Virus record (IMG/VR): IMGVR_UViG_3300027763_000034 | Location: 32,001-96,000 of that record | Direction: 5' to 3' (one strand) | DNA length: 64,000 nt | Origin: a virus | Shown: piece after piece, positions 9,152 to 20,502 of the stretch | How the letters are laid out: each line of letters starts with the position of its first letter | Numbering within the stretch: position 1 is the first letter of the stretch | Position numbers and translations under genes: made by a program | The notes under the pieces: model-generated | What the model was told of the DNA's origin: nothing | Databases searched by the model: none | What the model saw: only the letters and a program-made list of their open reading frames with translations

Positions 9152-11785
9152 TTAAGCTGTTAGGTCTCCGAAGATTAACCATCCAGTTGAAATTTTTAGT
9201 GCAGTTACAACTGAATTGTTAGCTCTGAATTTGCGTCCTGGTGTTCCAATTACTCCATTTGTATCTGCAAACGAAGCTCCTGTTCCAGTTTTTTGCCAGA
9301 AGTCAATTGATTGACCAGTTGAATATCCTGTTGCAGGAAGTGTTACAACAACTGCTCCTGATAGTGGAATAAACTTATCTTGTTCTCCAGCTCCAAGTGT
9401 TACAGAAGAAACAACTTCTGTTGCAATTGTTGTGATAGATGGTACACCTGCCCGTGCCTGTGTGCCATCAGAGAATACGATTCCTGCTGCTGGTAGAGTT
9501 ACTGTTCCAGTAAATGTTGGAGAAGCAAGTGGGGCAAATCCTGCAATGCTTGCTCCTGCTGGTATTGTAACTGTTCCTGTGAATGTTGGGGAAGCAATAG
9601 GTGACTTTGTTGCAATTGAGTTTGTAACTGTTGTTGAGAATGATGCGTCATTTCCAAGTGCAGATGCTAACTCGTTAAGAGTATCAAGTGCTGCTGGTGA
9701 TGCTGCTACTAGATTTGAAACAGCTGTTCCTACGAATGCTGTAGTTGCAACCTGTGTAGTATTTGTACCAGCTGCTGCTGTTGGTGCAGTTGGTGTACCA
9801 GTAAGTGCTGGTGAAGCAAGCGGCGCCCGTAGGGCAATTGATGCAGCTTGTGCTGTTGAAACTGGCTTATCTGCATCTGCAGTGTTATCAACAGATCCAA
9901 GTCCTACCATTGTCTTTGTAATTCCAGACACAGTACCTGTAAATGTTGGTGAAGCAAGATTTGCTTTAAGCGCTAATCCTGAATTAACAGTTGCAGTTAA
10001 TGCAAGTGCTGAGGTGTCTGCAATTCCATGAATATTTGTTGTATCTGCTTCGTGTGATGCAAGTGATGCAGATGAAGCTTTTGTATTTACAGATGTTTGT
10101 AATGTTGCTGCAGCAGTATTTATTGCTGTAACATCTGACTGCAATCCTGTAATTGCATTTTCTGCTGTATTCAAGTCTGTTGTCAGAGTTGAAGTATCGG
10201 TAAACAATGTTGCTATTGATGAGTCGTAGCTTGTAACCTTTGCAGCTAATGCATTTGATACAGTATTAATCTGGTACTGTATTCCAGAAGTAACTCCATT
10301 TACATATCCAAGCTCTGTTGCGCTTACATCACCAATTGTGGTGTCTGTTGGAAGGACAACTGATCCTGTGAATGTTGGAGAAATCTTTGGTGCTTTTCCT
10401 GCAAGATCGCCAGTCAAATTTGCAATCTTTGATTGTGCAATTTCTGCATAATCATTAACGTCTGCGTTGACTATTGTGCCATCTAAAATCATTCCAGCTG
10501 TTACTGTTCCAGATGGAAGAGTTACTGTACCTGTGAATGTCGGTGATGCTTTTGGAGCATATGTTCCTTCTGCTACAGTTGTAGAAAGCTTTGCATCAAT
10601 TTGAGACTGGATACCGCTTGTTACACCTGCTAAACGCTGTATTTCTGCATTTACTACAGAACCAACTCTTAATGAATCTGCGACGAGGCCGCCAACTTCA
10701 AGTGAGTCTTTTGTGTATGTTGTAAAGTCAACAACTGTTGTAGGCTCTGCTGTTACGCCAGAGAATAGTTTCCATACGCCATCTGAGGCATCTCTTACAA
10801 GGCCTGAGTGCTGGTATGTACCGTTATTGAATGCTCCAACTACACCAAGATCAAGAACGTTTGACTGGTTGTTTTCACCAATATAAATCATTGGATCATC
10901 AATTGTAACGTTAGTTGAATTTACAGAAGTTGTTGTTCCATTAACTGTTAGGTTTCCTGAAACTGTAAGCGCTCCAAGAGTTGCTGTGTCTGCCTGTACT
11001 TGATCTACTTGAACAAGAGGTCCAGTAAATTTAGTTGTTGCTGTGATTGTTGGGGACAATGAAAGTATGATGTCTAGGTTATCTGTTGCATCTGTCTTTA
11101 CTATTCCACCTTGTGCTCTAATTGCTGCAGAAACAACTTCTTTGCTTGTTGCGTTATCCCATGTTGAGCTAACTCCTCGTCCAGAAGTAACTGTTGAATC
11201 AATTAATGATGTAACTGTATTTGTAATATCTAGCTCTGAAGCTGGAATTTTACCTGAGTTATTTAATGAAGCAACTCCGCCAGCATTTCCTCTGTCTGCT
11301 AAAGGAATGTAGTCTAGGTCTACTGTATTTCCAAGTGCTGATACAGCTGAATCTACGTAGCCTTTGTTTGCTATGATTGATGTGTCAACAGAAACTGTTA
11401 GCTGGTTTGTTCCGTCATTGTATGACTTAGAAATACCATTTCCTGCTACAAGAGCTGTATTAACTGCATCCTGTGCCATTTCTGTAAAATATGAATCTGC
11501 TACTGCTATTGTAATAGTATTTGCGCCATCGTTGTATGTCTTTGTGAGACCATCTCCTACAACAAGGGCAGCGTTAATTGCATCTTGGGAAATTTCACCA
11601 ATTGCTACGTCTGAATTATTTGCATATGCAAGGGCAGTCCATGTAGAAGATCCGTTACCGAATTTAAATAGGTTTGTGTCTGACTCGACACCCATTTCTC
11701 CTGCTGCCAAAATTGGATTTACTGAGGTCCACTGTGAAGCGGTTCCTCTTCTTACTTGAATTCTTACTGTTGACATATTTGCCAC
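9152..11785 (-). CDS. Tail fibre-like protein with major tropism determinant (Mtd)-type N-terminal domain
   Basis: IQVRRGTASQWTSVNPILAAGEMGVESDT; repeated ASPTFTGT and ALDTLNELA motifs. Confidence 0.75.
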   Translation of the reverse strand: MANMSTVRIQVRRGTASQWTSVNPILAAGEMGVESDTNLFKFGNGSSTWTALAYANNSDVAIGEISQDAINAALVVGDGLTKTYNDGANTITIAVADSYFTEMAQDAVNTALVAGNGISKSYNDGTNQLTVSVDTSIIANKGYVDSAVSALGNTVDLDYIPLADRGNAGGVASLNNSGKIPASELDITNTVTSLIDSTVTSGRGVSSTWDNATSKEVVSAAIRAQGGIVKTDATDNLDIILSLSPTITATTKFTGPLVQVDQVQADTATLGALTVSGNLTVNGTTTSVNSTNVTIDDPMIYIGENNQSNVLDLGVVGAFNNGTYQHSGLVRDASDGVWKLFSGVTAEPTTVVDFTTYTKDSLEVGGLVADSLRVGSVVNAEIQRLAGVTSGIQSQIDAKLSTTVAEGTYAPKASPTFTGTVTLPSGTVTAGMILDGTIVNADVNDYAEIAQSKIANLTGDLAGKAPKISPTFTGSVVLPTDTTIGDVSATELGYVNGVTSGIQYQINTVSNALAAKVTSYDSSIATLFTDTSTLTTDLNTAENAITGLQSDVTAINTAAATLQTSVNTKASSASLASHEADTTNIHGIADTSALALTATVNSGLALKANLASPTFTGTVSGITKTMVGLGSVDNTADADKPVSTAQAASIALRAPLASPALTGTPTAPTAAAGTNTTQVATTAFVGTAVSNLVAASPAALDTLNELASALGNDASFSTTVTNSIATKSPIASPTFTGTVTIPAGASIAGFAPLASPTFTGTVTLPAAGIVFSDGTQARAGVPSITTIATEVVSSVTLGAGEQDKFIPLSGAVVVTLPATGYSTGQSIDFWQKTGTGASFADTNGVIGTPGRKFRANNSVVTALKISTGWLIFGDLTA

Positions 11786-11837
11786 CCCTTATTTAGACTT
11801 ATTTGGTAATTATAGCATTACAATAATTCCAAAACAA

Positions 11838-12209
11838 TTAGCTAATTGTTCCAGAATCAAAGGTCATGCTGTATGTATCTGTGGAATGATTTCCACCATC
11901 CGCAAATTTTGTAGCTGTAGTATTTACTCCATTTGCAAAAACTGTATATACTGGCTGGCCGTCATAATCTATTGCCAGTCCTATATCCATAAATGTTAAA
12001 GCTCCTAGATCTTCTGCCGCATCTGTAAGGAGGGCAATTTCCTTCCAAGCACCATTAATCTGGATCTTTAATCTTCCAGTTGATGAGTCGAAGGCAAGGG
12101 GGGTTGAATTTAAGACTAAGTTGTCTACATTTACTGCTGCATCAAATGTTGCAGGTCCTGCTACGTTAAGGCCATTTTTAACCTTGAAGTTTTTATTTAC
12201 TATTGCCAT
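11838..12209 (-). CDS. Putative virion structural protein
   Basis: N-terminus MAIVNKNFKVKNGL shared with the neighbouring gene. Confidence 0.55.
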   Translation of the reverse strand: MAIVNKNFKVKNGLNVAGPATFDAAVNVDNLVLNSTPLAFDSSTGRLKIQINGAWKEIALLTDAAEDLGALTFMDIGLAIDYDGQPVYTVFANGVNTTATKFADGGNHSTDTYSMTFDSGTIS

Positions 12210-12273
12210 TTAAGTTCACATATCCCCTAATTGTTTTGGTGGGGTTTTGGAAGGACCCCATACCTTTTATTAA

Positions 12274-13815
12274 TTATTTAATTAGTGTTGCATAAACCAT
12301 TACATCTGTTGATGCGTAGGTTGTTGTTACTGATATTGAAACGCTACCTGAAGCATATGCTGCTGATACTGTTCCTAGGTCGGTTCCAGTTGTAATTGAA
12401 CCAAATTCTGTTATTGCTACGTTATTGCTTGTATCAAGTGTTAGGAGAACTTCAGAAACCTGAGTGTTTACTCCATTCTTAAACTTAACAAGTGCCTTTG
12501 CTGTACGGTAGTCAGATCCTGACCATGTTAGAGCATTTACAGTTCCAGCTGAAGAAACTGTTGTGGTTGCTGCCCGTACTGCTGCCACATCATTTACATT
12601 AACTACTGTAAATGGTGTTGTACCATTCTTTACGGCTGTAAGAGCGCTAGCTGCTGTGGCTTCCGCTGAAGCCTGTGCTGCAGACTGTGCAGTTGCAATT
12701 GCTGAGTTACGATCTGTAACTTCACCTGAAATTGCTGTTGAAATTGCTGAATTACGAGCTGTAGCTTCTGCTGCAACTTTAGCTGTAGCGTCTGCTGCTG
12801 CTGTGGCTTCTGCTGCTGCTTTGGCAGCGTTGGCTTTTGTAGTTGCATCTGTTGCTGCTGCAGCTTGTGCTGCGTTAGCCTTTGAAGTAGCATCTGTTGC
12901 TGCAGTTGTGACTGCTGAAGCAATATCTGTTGCAACCTGTGTAGAGTTAGCTTTTGTTGCTAATGCTGTTGTAATAGTAGTTGTGTAATTAGCATCATCA
13001 TTAATTGCTGCTGCTAATTCATTTAGAGTATCAAGTAAAGCTGGTGCTCCGTCTACTACTGCTGAAACTGCTGTTGAAATTGCTGTGTTACGATTTGAAA
13101 CTTCTGTTGAGATTGCTGCGGTAAGTGCTGCTGCTGCTGTAGCCTCTGCTGCTGACCGTGCTGCGTTAGCTTTTGTAGTTGCATCTGTTGCTGCTGCAGA
13201 TATTGCTGCAGACTGTGCTGCGTTAGCCTTAGATGTAGCGTCTGTTGCTGCTGCAGACTGCGCTGCGTTAGCCTTTGAAGTAGCATCAGCGGCTGCTGTA
13301 GCTTCTGCTGCAGTCTTTGCTGTTGCAATTGCAGTATTTCTATCAGCAACTTCTGTTGCAATTGCTGATGCAATTGCTGAGTTACGTGCTGTGGCTTCTG
13401 CTGCTACTTTAGCTGTGGCATCTGTTGCTGCATTTGCCTGTGCGCTTGATGCTGCACCTGCTGCATCGTATGCTGCTGCTGTTGCAGCTAATGCACGAGC
13501 ATTTGTGAAATATAGATTTGATCCTTCTGCAAGATCTCCAGTATCATGGTTTGAAAGACTTGAAACTGTTCCTGTTACGTTACCAGTTAAGTTACCAACA
13601 ATGTTTGCTGTAATTGTGCCTGCTGCAAAGTTTCCTGAGCCGTCACGCTTTACTACAGTATTAGGAGTGTTGGCTGTATCTGCTGATCCGCCGACTGTGC
13701 TGATGATAAAGGCTGTTGATGCCTCTGTTAATACGTTATATCCGTTTACCGTTGCGACGGAACCGTCGACGATAAGACCATTTTTTACTCTAAAGTTTTT
13801 ATTTACTATTGCCAT
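12274..13815 (-). CDS. Ala-rich coiled-coil fibre protein
   Basis: DATSKANAAQ repeats, LDTLNELAAA, EGSNLYFT. Confidence 0.65.
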   Translation of the reverse strand: MAIVNKNFRVKNGLIVDGSVATVNGYNVLTEASTAFIISTVGGSADTANTPNTVVKRDGSGNFAAGTITANIVGNLTGNVTGTVSSLSNHDTGDLAEGSNLYFTNARALAATAAAYDAAGAASSAQANAATDATAKVAAEATARNSAIASAIATEVADRNTAIATAKTAAEATAAADATSKANAAQSAAATDATSKANAAQSAAISAAATDATTKANAARSAAEATAAAALTAAISTEVSNRNTAISTAVSAVVDGAPALLDTLNELAAAINDDANYTTTITTALATKANSTQVATDIASAVTTAATDATSKANAAQAAAATDATTKANAAKAAAEATAAADATAKVAAEATARNSAISTAISGEVTDRNSAIATAQSAAQASAEATAASALTAVKNGTTPFTVVNVNDVAAVRAATTTVSSAGTVNALTWSGSDYRTAKALVKFKNGVNTQVSEVLLTLDTSNNVAITEFGSITTGTDLGTVSAAYASGSVSISVTTTYASTDVMVYATLIK

Positions 13816-13838
13816 AATTTATGACTCCTCTTACTGCT

Positions 13839-14393
13839 TTATTTTAACGCTGTTCTGAAATACCTTACAGTTACTTCGCCTGATACTGGTGTGACTGTTA
13901 AACTAATTATACCATTCGCAGATTCAAAAGCTGTCGTTGCAATTGATGAATTAGCGTTTGTTACAATGTTAGACTCTGATACATATATGTCAGAAGATCC
14001 TCTTAATGCGGTTATGTTGGAAAAATATGATTCTCCAGTGGATGCCTTTACAATTTGTAGAGCATATGATGCCGTACGATAATCTGCTGAGGCATATGAG
14101 TCTATAGTCGTCTTGTTTTGAATTCCTGCGATTGTTAGATCGTTATTTCCTTCTAGGCCCATCAAGGTTTCGATGCTTGCCGATGTATTAGCAAGTGTTG
14201 CCACTGAAGTTGATAGCGAATTGATTTTATATGTCAACGAGCCTGAATCTGTGGAGTTTGTTACACCAACCACATTTTCTAATGCTTCAATTGCGTCATT
14301 TGCGTTAGCATGTTGTGCTGCATGTCCAGATAATTCATCCGTAGATGCTGGATTTGTGAGATTGTCTTTGCTTACTGGAAAGTTACTTGCCAC
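13839..14393 (-). CDS. Putative virion structural protein
   Basis: ORF in structural cluster; HANANDAIEALE motif. Confidence 0.55.
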   Translation of the reverse strand: MASNFPVSKDNLTNPASTDELSGHAAQHANANDAIEALENVVGVTNSTDSGSLTYKINSLSTSVATLANTSASIETLMGLEGNNDLTIAGIQNKTTIDSYASADYRTASYALQIVKASTGESYFSNITALRGSSDIYVSESNIVTNANSSIATTAFESANGIISLTVTPVSGEVTVRYFRTALK

Positions 14394-14456
14394 TATGTCC
14401 TCCTGGCGGTATTGCCTTAGATAATTATACCGTATGTTTTTTATTCAAATAAAGAA

Positions 14457-14687
14457 TTACCATTTTTTAAGTGGGCACTCAGCTCTTAAAAGTTTTGTTT
14501 TTAATGGCATAAAACATCCGCATTGTTTACACTGTTTTGTTAAATCTATTAGTTCTGGGCAGGCCTTGCAAATGTCATATCTTCTTTCAGATTCTGATTC
14601 CTCGGCATATTCGGTATTAGGATTTAATAGATCCCAAGGCCTTGTTTCCCCTAATTTTTCTTTGTACTGCTGCCATCTACTTGTCAT
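14457..14687 (-). CDS. Small Cys-rich protein (DUF6171-like)
   Basis: R..IC..CP......QC..CGCFM..K......CP..KW. Confidence 0.65.
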   Translation of the reverse strand: MTSRWQQYKEKLGETRPWDLLNPNTEYAEESESERRYDICKACPELIDLTKQCKQCGCFMPLKTKLLRAECPLKKW

Positions 14688-15058
14688 TCATAAACTCCTG
14701 GAATTATGAATTGACCTCCTTGATATAGCCAGCCAGGTTCTGCTCTGTCTGCATGCCTCTGGACATCTAAAGTTACATGTACAATAATTGGGTCTGAAAC
14801 CATAATTGAATATGTTTTTTCATTTGCCATTACAGTTTCACCATCCATATGAAATTCAAATACTTCTGGATCTACTTCTCCAATATCGGTTATAGAAGAT
14901 AAATTTAAAAATTTTTCTGCTAGATCTGGTCTAACTCCAATAAAATCAACAATTGCTCCGTCTATAATTAAAGCTAGCTGTTTAGCTGTATTGCCAGATG
15001 CAATTTGTCTAGACTTTACTCCTTCAAGAAACCAGTCTTCTTCATTTAAATTAATCAT
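14684..15058 (-). CDS. Hypothetical protein
   Basis: ORF with leaderless extended -10 promoter. Confidence 0.55.
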   Translation of the reverse strand: MINLNEEDWFLEGVKSRQIASGNTAKQLALIIDGAIVDFIGVRPDLAEKFLNLSSITDIGEVDPEVFEFHMDGETVMANEKTYSIMVSDPIIVHVTLDVQRHADRAEPGWLYQGGQFIIPGVYE

Positions 15059-15096
15059 AGTTTATTATACCTTTCAATACAGATGGTGTCAATATG

Positions 15097-16647
15097 TTAT
15101 GCATAACAAGTGTCTCTTGATCCGTCTGAGTTATATCGAGCATCGCAAGCACCTACGCTATAGCATGTTGAATAGTTTGTACTTGCTGAGTTTGTTACAT
15201 CGTATGACTTGCAAGCATATTTTCCAGTAGCAGTTTTAGTAACATTTGGACAATTAGCATTTGTAGTTGTTCCGCTTAGTGAACCAGCTCTTGTAGATCC
15301 TCCTGGACAGGACTCTGGTGCAAAGTGATAGCTCATTGTAGGTGTTGTTGTGTAATTACATACACATGCAACATAAGTACATGCTCGTGACTGATAGAAT
15401 GGACCTTGTTCTGTTATAAGTGCTGTTGAGCAGTCTGCATACCGATAAGTTCTTGTTCTTCCAGCGGAAGTTCCGCCTTCTAATGAATTACTTCCACAAA
15501 CGCCAGACCACGAAACATTATATGTGTAGTCCGCATCTACCCAACCTGCAGTACATGTAGGAACACAATATCTTGATGTTGAATATGAACCATATTCCAT
15601 TATATTATCTTGAGTACAATCTGCATATCGATACAGTCTGTATCTCCAGCTATAAGTTCCAGACTCTGAATTGTTTGAGCAGGTTCCGCTCCAAGTTGCT
15701 CCACCGTATGTCCAGTCTGCATCTACCCATGCAGCAGTGCATCCTAAAGTAACAGTAGCAGTACCAGGTGAACCAGTTTTATTAGATGTCATTACAGATG
15801 TTTGTACTCCATAGCCTTGATAAAGGGTAGATCTTGGATAAACAGTAAAATAATTTCCTTCATTTCCAGTAAGAATTGACCATGTGTAATTTAGCTGTGT
15901 TGAGGGAACGTTTATTGTTGTAGTCTCATTATTTCCATATTTAACAACGTCATAAGAAACGGCTCCAGGTGCTGCCGTCCAATACATGTAGACTTGCTTG
16001 TTTGTATTTATTGGAGTTACTGTTACAGTAGCACTGCCAGATGTTCCAGTTCCAGTAAATGCTCTGTTTCCCTGATCTGTAACTGATCCATTGTTTGTTG
16101 TTACAGAATATGTTGTTGCATTTGACGATGCCGTCCAAGAACCGCTATATGAAAATCCAGAATTTGAAATGCTTACAGATGGCTGTGTCGGAGTTGCAGT
16201 TGTTTCTGATGCCGTCATTGTTGATACAACTGGAAGAACTATAGTTCCAATATCTCCAGTTACAGAAACATTTCCTCTACCATTAATTGCAGTGACTGTG
16301 CAACTTAAAATTTGATCAATGTCTGCTACTGCTGCTGTATACGTTTGTGATGTTGCTCCAGATATTGGTGAAGAACCACGCTTCCATTGATATGTATAAG
16401 AAGCTGGGGCGTATGCTGGTTCTGATTTCCATAAAGAGCTAACAGTTAAAACGGCACCAACTTGACCTCTATATGTGGTGCCAGTATGTGTAAATGTTGG
16501 TGTTCCTAATGATTGTGGTAAATTTGGATATGCAAGTTGCCAGCCATTATTATAAACATAGGCTTTTTTAGCAGCAACAAATTGTGATCCAGTATTTATT
16601 TTTAGATCTTTTGCCTCTTGCCAATTTGAGCCATCATTTATTTTCAT
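15097..16647 (-). CDS. Ig-like virion protein with Cys-rich, thrombospondin-like C-terminal repeats
   Basis: YTYQWKRG...ISGATSQTY Ig motif; two CTA.WVDAD...WSG.C...R.YRYADC...SR.C repeats. Confidence 0.6.
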   Translation of the reverse strand: MKINDGSNWQEAKDLKINTGSQFVAAKKAYVYNNGWQLAYPNLPQSLGTPTFTHTGTTYRGQVGAVLTVSSLWKSEPAYAPASYTYQWKRGSSPISGATSQTYTAAVADIDQILSCTVTAINGRGNVSVTGDIGTIVLPVVSTMTASETTATPTQPSVSISNSGFSYSGSWTASSNATTYSVTTNNGSVTDQGNRAFTGTGTSGSATVTVTPINTNKQVYMYWTAAPGAVSYDVVKYGNNETTTINVPSTQLNYTWSILTGNEGNYFTVYPRSTLYQGYGVQTSVMTSNKTGSPGTATVTLGCTAAWVDADWTYGGATWSGTCSNNSESGTYSWRYRLYRYADCTQDNIMEYGSYSTSRYCVPTCTAGWVDADYTYNVSWSGVCGSNSLEGGTSAGRTRTYRYADCSTALITEQGPFYQSRACTYVACVCNYTTTPTMSYHFAPESCPGGSTRAGSLSGTTTNANCPNVTKTATGKYACKSYDVTNSASTNYSTCYSVGACDARYNSDGSRDTCYA

Positions 16648-16654
16648 TTATATC

Positions 16655-18826
16655 CTAATATTGTATATAAATATCTCCAGCAACCATGCCTGTAGTAGGA
16701 AGTGTGCCAGTATTATTATAGAATGTTTTTGCTCCTGCTGATATTGTTGTTGAGCCTCCAAGTGCTACTGCCGTTCCATTTATAGTAATAGATGAATTTG
16801 CTAACTTATTGTTGGCTATTGAGCCAGCAAGCATTGTATTTGTTACAGTTGCAGAATCTAAAAGTGTAACTGCTGTTCCAGATATTTTAGATTTATCAAT
16901 TGCTGCTGAAGCACTGATATCTGAATTAACAATAGTTCCATCAGCAATCATTGTTGATGTTATTGTTCCAGAAGGAGCAGAAAATGTTCCAGTAAATGAT
17001 GCATTATTAATTGGTGCATAGGCTGCTAAATTAAGAGTTGCCCACGATGGAGATGTACCATCAGTCATTAAATATTTTCCAGCATTGTTAAGTTGTGCTG
17101 GGAGAATTGAAATACCAGATACTGTTGCACCAGAAAAATCTACTGTTCCAGTAAATACTGGTGAAATCTTTGGTGCATAAGTTGATGATGCTGTTGATAT
17201 AGATAATTTAGTATCTAATGCGGATTGTGTAGCAGTTGATATTGGTTTTGATTCATCAGTTGTATTATCTACATTACCAAGACCAATCATTGTTTTTGTA
17301 ATACCATTTACTGTTCCAGTAAATGTTGGGGAAGCAATTGGTGCATATGTAGATGCGGCAGTTGCAGAAGATAATTTAGTTCCAACTAATGTTGTTAATG
17401 CTGTCCCTGCAGATTGATCTGTTGATATGTAATCTGCTATTTCTTTAAGTGTATCAAATGAAGATGGTGCTCCATTTACAACATTTGCTATAGCTGTGGT
17501 TATGTCAGATGTTCTTGCAATTGTTGAAGGTATAACTGTATCTAGTATTTTTCCACTAGATAATCCAATTTTTGCATATCCTCCTGGCAGATCAGCATCT
17601 GCTTCAGAAACATATGCATCTAATGTATTACCAAGTCCTGCTGATGTTAAGAAATGTGAATTTGCATATGCTAATAAATCATCGTTAGCTTGATTTAAAT
17701 TAACATATACATCTGTAAATCTTTGGTTAGTAGCTGAGATTGCTCTTGCATCTGTGAAATAAAGATTATTTGAGCCTTCTGTTATTGCATCTGTTGTCCC
17801 AGAAAATGTTGAACTTCCTGAACCAGCTGGACCCTGTGGACCAGTTGCGCCAGTTAATCCTCGTTCACCTTGTGGGCCTGTTGCGCCAGTGTCGCCTTTT
17901 AATCCCTGTGGACCAGTTGCACCAGTTGCGCCAGTGTCGCCTTTTAATCCCTGTGGACCAGTTGCGCCAGTTGCGCCAGTTGCCCCAGTAGCACCAGTGT
18001 CACCTCTTAATCCTTGTGGGCCTACGTCTCCACGAGGAATTGTAAAATTAAATAACGGTGCAGTTGGTGTTCCAGTATTTGTAATAGAAACAGATGTTCC
18101 TGGGTTTCCAGTTGAAACTGTTCCAAGCGTAATTGTAGATGATGCTCCACCTGAAGACAGTCCAGAAACAGCTGCATTAATTGCAGTATTCCTATTTGTA
18201 ATTTCAGTTGATATTGCTGTATTTATTGCAGTATTTCTATTAGATATTTCTAATGCAATTTTATTATCTGTATAAACATTTGCTGATGAGGTTGCTAATG
18301 TTACTGCTGCTTCGTCTTTAGAATCTGCTGAGGTTCCTGCCGCTGCTAAAGTTTCTATTTTTACTGCAGAAGTTTTGCTACTTGCATCGGCTGCTGCTGT
18401 TGCAATAGCTTCTGATTTGGCAGCAGATATAGCTGTATTTCTATTTGTAACTTCCGTTGCAATTGCTGCAGATATTGATGATGCTACTGCATCTATTGCT
18501 CTTTGGTTTGTAAAATATTTATTGCTACCTTCTGATACAGAGGTTGTTGATAGCGTTGCAATTGCTGTTGCTAAATCTGCAGATACGGACATTGAGTCTG
18601 GAAGTTGTGAGGTGGGTATTTTACCAAGAGCATTTAGTGTTGCTACTCCATTGGCCTCTCCAGCTTTAAATGCATAGGAAGTTGTTGCATTCCATCTTGA
18701 GCCATTACCAATTTTAAACTTTAGGCTGTCTGTCTCAATTCCTAGTTCACCTGATAATAGTATTGGGTTGTTGGACACCCAGTTTGCTGCTGTGTCTCTT
18801 CTAAGTTGTATTCTTAATGATGCCAT
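16655..18826 (-). CDS. Tail fibre-like protein, Mtd-type N-terminus plus collagen-like repeats
   Basis: [25 protein letters not shown]; [15 protein letters not shown] repeats; probable start MASLRIQ. Confidence 0.75.
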   Translation of the reverse strand: MASLRIQLRRDTAANWVSNNPILLSGELGIETDSLKFKIGNGSRWNATTSYAFKAGEANGVATLNALGKIPTSQLPDSMSVSADLATAIATLSTTSVSEGSNKYFTNQRAIDAVASSISAAIATEVTNRNTAISAAKSEAIATAAADASSKTSAVKIETLAAAGTSADSKDEAAVTLATSSANVYTDNKIALEISNRNTAINTAISTEITNRNTAINAAVSGLSSGGASSTITLGTVSTGNPGTSVSITNTGTPTAPLFNFTIPRGDVGPQGLRGDTGATGATGATGATGPQGLKGDTGATGATGPQGLKGDTGATGPQGERGLTGATGPQGPAGSGSSTFSGTTDAITEGSNNLYFTDARAISATNQRFTDVYVNLNQANDDLLAYANSHFLTSAGLGNTLDAYVSEADADLPGGYAKIGLSSGKILDTVIPSTIARTSDITTAIANVVNGAPSSFDTLKEIADYISTDQSAGTALTTLVGTKLSSATAASTYAPIASPTFTGTVNGITKTMIGLGNVDNTTDESKPISTATQSALDTKLSISTASSTYAPKISPVFTGTVDFSGATVSGISILPAQLNNAGKYLMTDGTSPSWATLNLAAYAPINNASFTGTFSAPSGTITSTMIADGTIVNSDISASAAIDKSKISGTAVTLLDSATVTNTMLAGSIANNKLANSSITINGTAVALGGSTTISAGAKTFYNNTGTLPTTGMVAGDIYIQY

Positions 18827-18827
18827 T

Positions 18828-19286
18828 TTATGAACCTCCTGCATCAACAATTATACCATCGTTGTCTGCAGAACTTCCTCCTTCTAAAACTTCGTCTTGT
18901 ACTACTGTAACGCTGCCTTCTGGGTTTCCGCCATCAAGCAATGTTTGGTTTTCAAATGTTCCGCCTTGGTTTGATGTTGAAGGACTTTGTCCGTCGTATC
19001 CAATTACAAGTGGTAATACTAGATCGGGAGAATCTGAAGTATTTGTTTCCTTAAATGTAATCTTATTCTGAACATCAATTGTATGAACATTTCCATCAAA
19101 TGTGTGAGTATGCATATAAAATGGTGTTGGGTCTGTGCTCGGCGGGGTAAGCTCTACCCAAACCATACCATTGTATATTCTTAAATTCTTACTTACTACA
19201 TTGAAGTATATATCTCCAACAGTGGCTATGTCGGGGTTCTCCATAGAAGTAAGAAGATTAAGTGCAACCTTCATTTGTCTGGACAT
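18828..19286 (-). CDS. Putative virion structural protein
   Basis: GDIYFN...LRIYNG..W motif; structural context. Confidence 0.55.
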   Translation of the reverse strand: MSRQMKVALNLLTSMENPDIATVGDIYFNVVSKNLRIYNGMVWVELTPPSTDPTPFYMHTHTFDGNVHTIDVQNKITFKETNTSDSPDLVLPLVIGYDGQSPSTSNQGGTFENQTLLDGGNPEGSVTVVQDEVLEGGSSADNDGIIVDAGGS

Positions 19287-19290
19287 TTTA

Positions 19291-20490
19291 TTATCCTACA
19301 ACTACTACTTTATATTCTCCAGCTGACGGGGCTATTGCAAAGTCTACTGTTACTGTATTCGAGCTAGTTCTTTTTACATCAGCTTCAACTTGTGCAAACG
19401 GTGATGCTGCTTCAAATATTTGAACAGTTACATCAGTTGTTCCTAAATTGTGTGTTATTGTATAAGATGTGGCAGACGCACCAAGTGTTTCTGCATATTT
19501 TCTAGCAATTGCATGATAGGCTGTTCCATTATTTGTTAATGCCCAGTTGTCTGATGTTTCATTCCATAGGATTTCTACATCTGTCTCTAGTCCACGCTCT
19601 ACTGTTATTCCAGCATCTGTTGTTGGGGTGCCAGCAAAATTGCTATTTAGCTTTACCTTATTATCTTCAATATTAATCTGTGTTGTATTTACAGAGTTAA
19701 CAGTTCCAATAACATTGAGGTTTCCACCAACCTGTAAGTTTCCAGTAATTTCTACATTGTCTGGCAAGCCTACGGTTACCGCTGCGTTGTGTCCGCTATT
19801 TGGAGAAACAGTAATTTCATTTGCTGTTCCTACAATAGTTGCTACATAGTCGCCTGTTGTTTGTGAATCTAAATTAATATCTTTTACAGATACTACGCCT
19901 GCGTTTACATTAAAGTCTGCTGCATCAAAAGAAGCGACACCTTTGTTTGTTGTGCTTGCGTCTTCACCAGAAATTGTAATTGCATTATTTGTTACAGCAA
20001 CATCAATTCCTTCTCCACCATTTACAGTTAATCCTTCTGTAAGTAATGAAATAGATGTATTTCCAGTGTCTCCAGTTATTGCAAGCTCTGTTGCTACATC
20101 AACCTGACCAGCTGCAGTTAATCTACCTTGCTGATCTACTGTGAATGTTGGTATCTTTGTTTGTGATCCGTATGAACCAGTTGTTACTGCTGTATTGTCT
20201 AAATCTATTGTTGTGATTCCTGTAGAATCAACGTATGTTCTTGTTAAGCCAACTCCGCCTTCAATTGAAGCGCCGATTACATCTTGAATTACTTCTTGAG
20301 AACCACTCATTGATTGCCATGGACCGTTTGGTGATGCTAATCCATTGTAGTAGTACATAACATTGTCGCCACTGTTATAGTAAATTTGACCAATTACTGG
20401 GTTTGATGGAGCTGAGCCTAAATTCTGAATTCTAGCATTTAAGAGCTCATTTTTATTGAGATCAATGCTAACTAAAAACTTTTTTGCCAT
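19291..20490 (-). CDS. Putative tail fibre/structural protein
   Basis: FTVDQQGRLTAAG, NLNVIGT, ITHNLGT motifs. Confidence 0.65.
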   Translation of the reverse strand: MAKKFLVSIDLNKNELLNARIQNLGSAPSNPVIGQIYYNSGDNVMYYYNGLASPNGPWQSMSGSQEVIQDVIGASIEGGVGLTRTYVDSTGITTIDLDNTAVTTGSYGSQTKIPTFTVDQQGRLTAAGQVDVATELAITGDTGNTSISLLTEGLTVNGGEGIDVAVTNNAITISGEDASTTNKGVASFDAADFNVNAGVVSVKDINLDSQTTGDYVATIVGTANEITVSPNSGHNAAVTVGLPDNVEITGNLQVGGNLNVIGTVNSVNTTQINIEDNKVKLNSNFAGTPTTDAGITVERGLETDVEILWNETSDNWALTNNGTAYHAIARKYAETLGASATSYTITHNLGTTDVTVQIFEAASPFAQVEADVKRTSSNTVTVDFAIAPSAGEYKVVVVG

Positions 20491-20502
20491 TTTCTTTCTC
20501 CC

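Noticed and set aside
9432-18677. Long plus-strand ORFs opposite the fibre genes (also at 52783 and 60349) and Gln-rich alternate frames
   Set aside because: Shadow ORFs caused by Ala/Thr codon bias and repeats.
9152-18826. Mtd-type N-termini suggesting a diversity-generating retroelement
   Set aside because: No reverse transcriptase and no TR/VR pair differing at adenines seen in this window.
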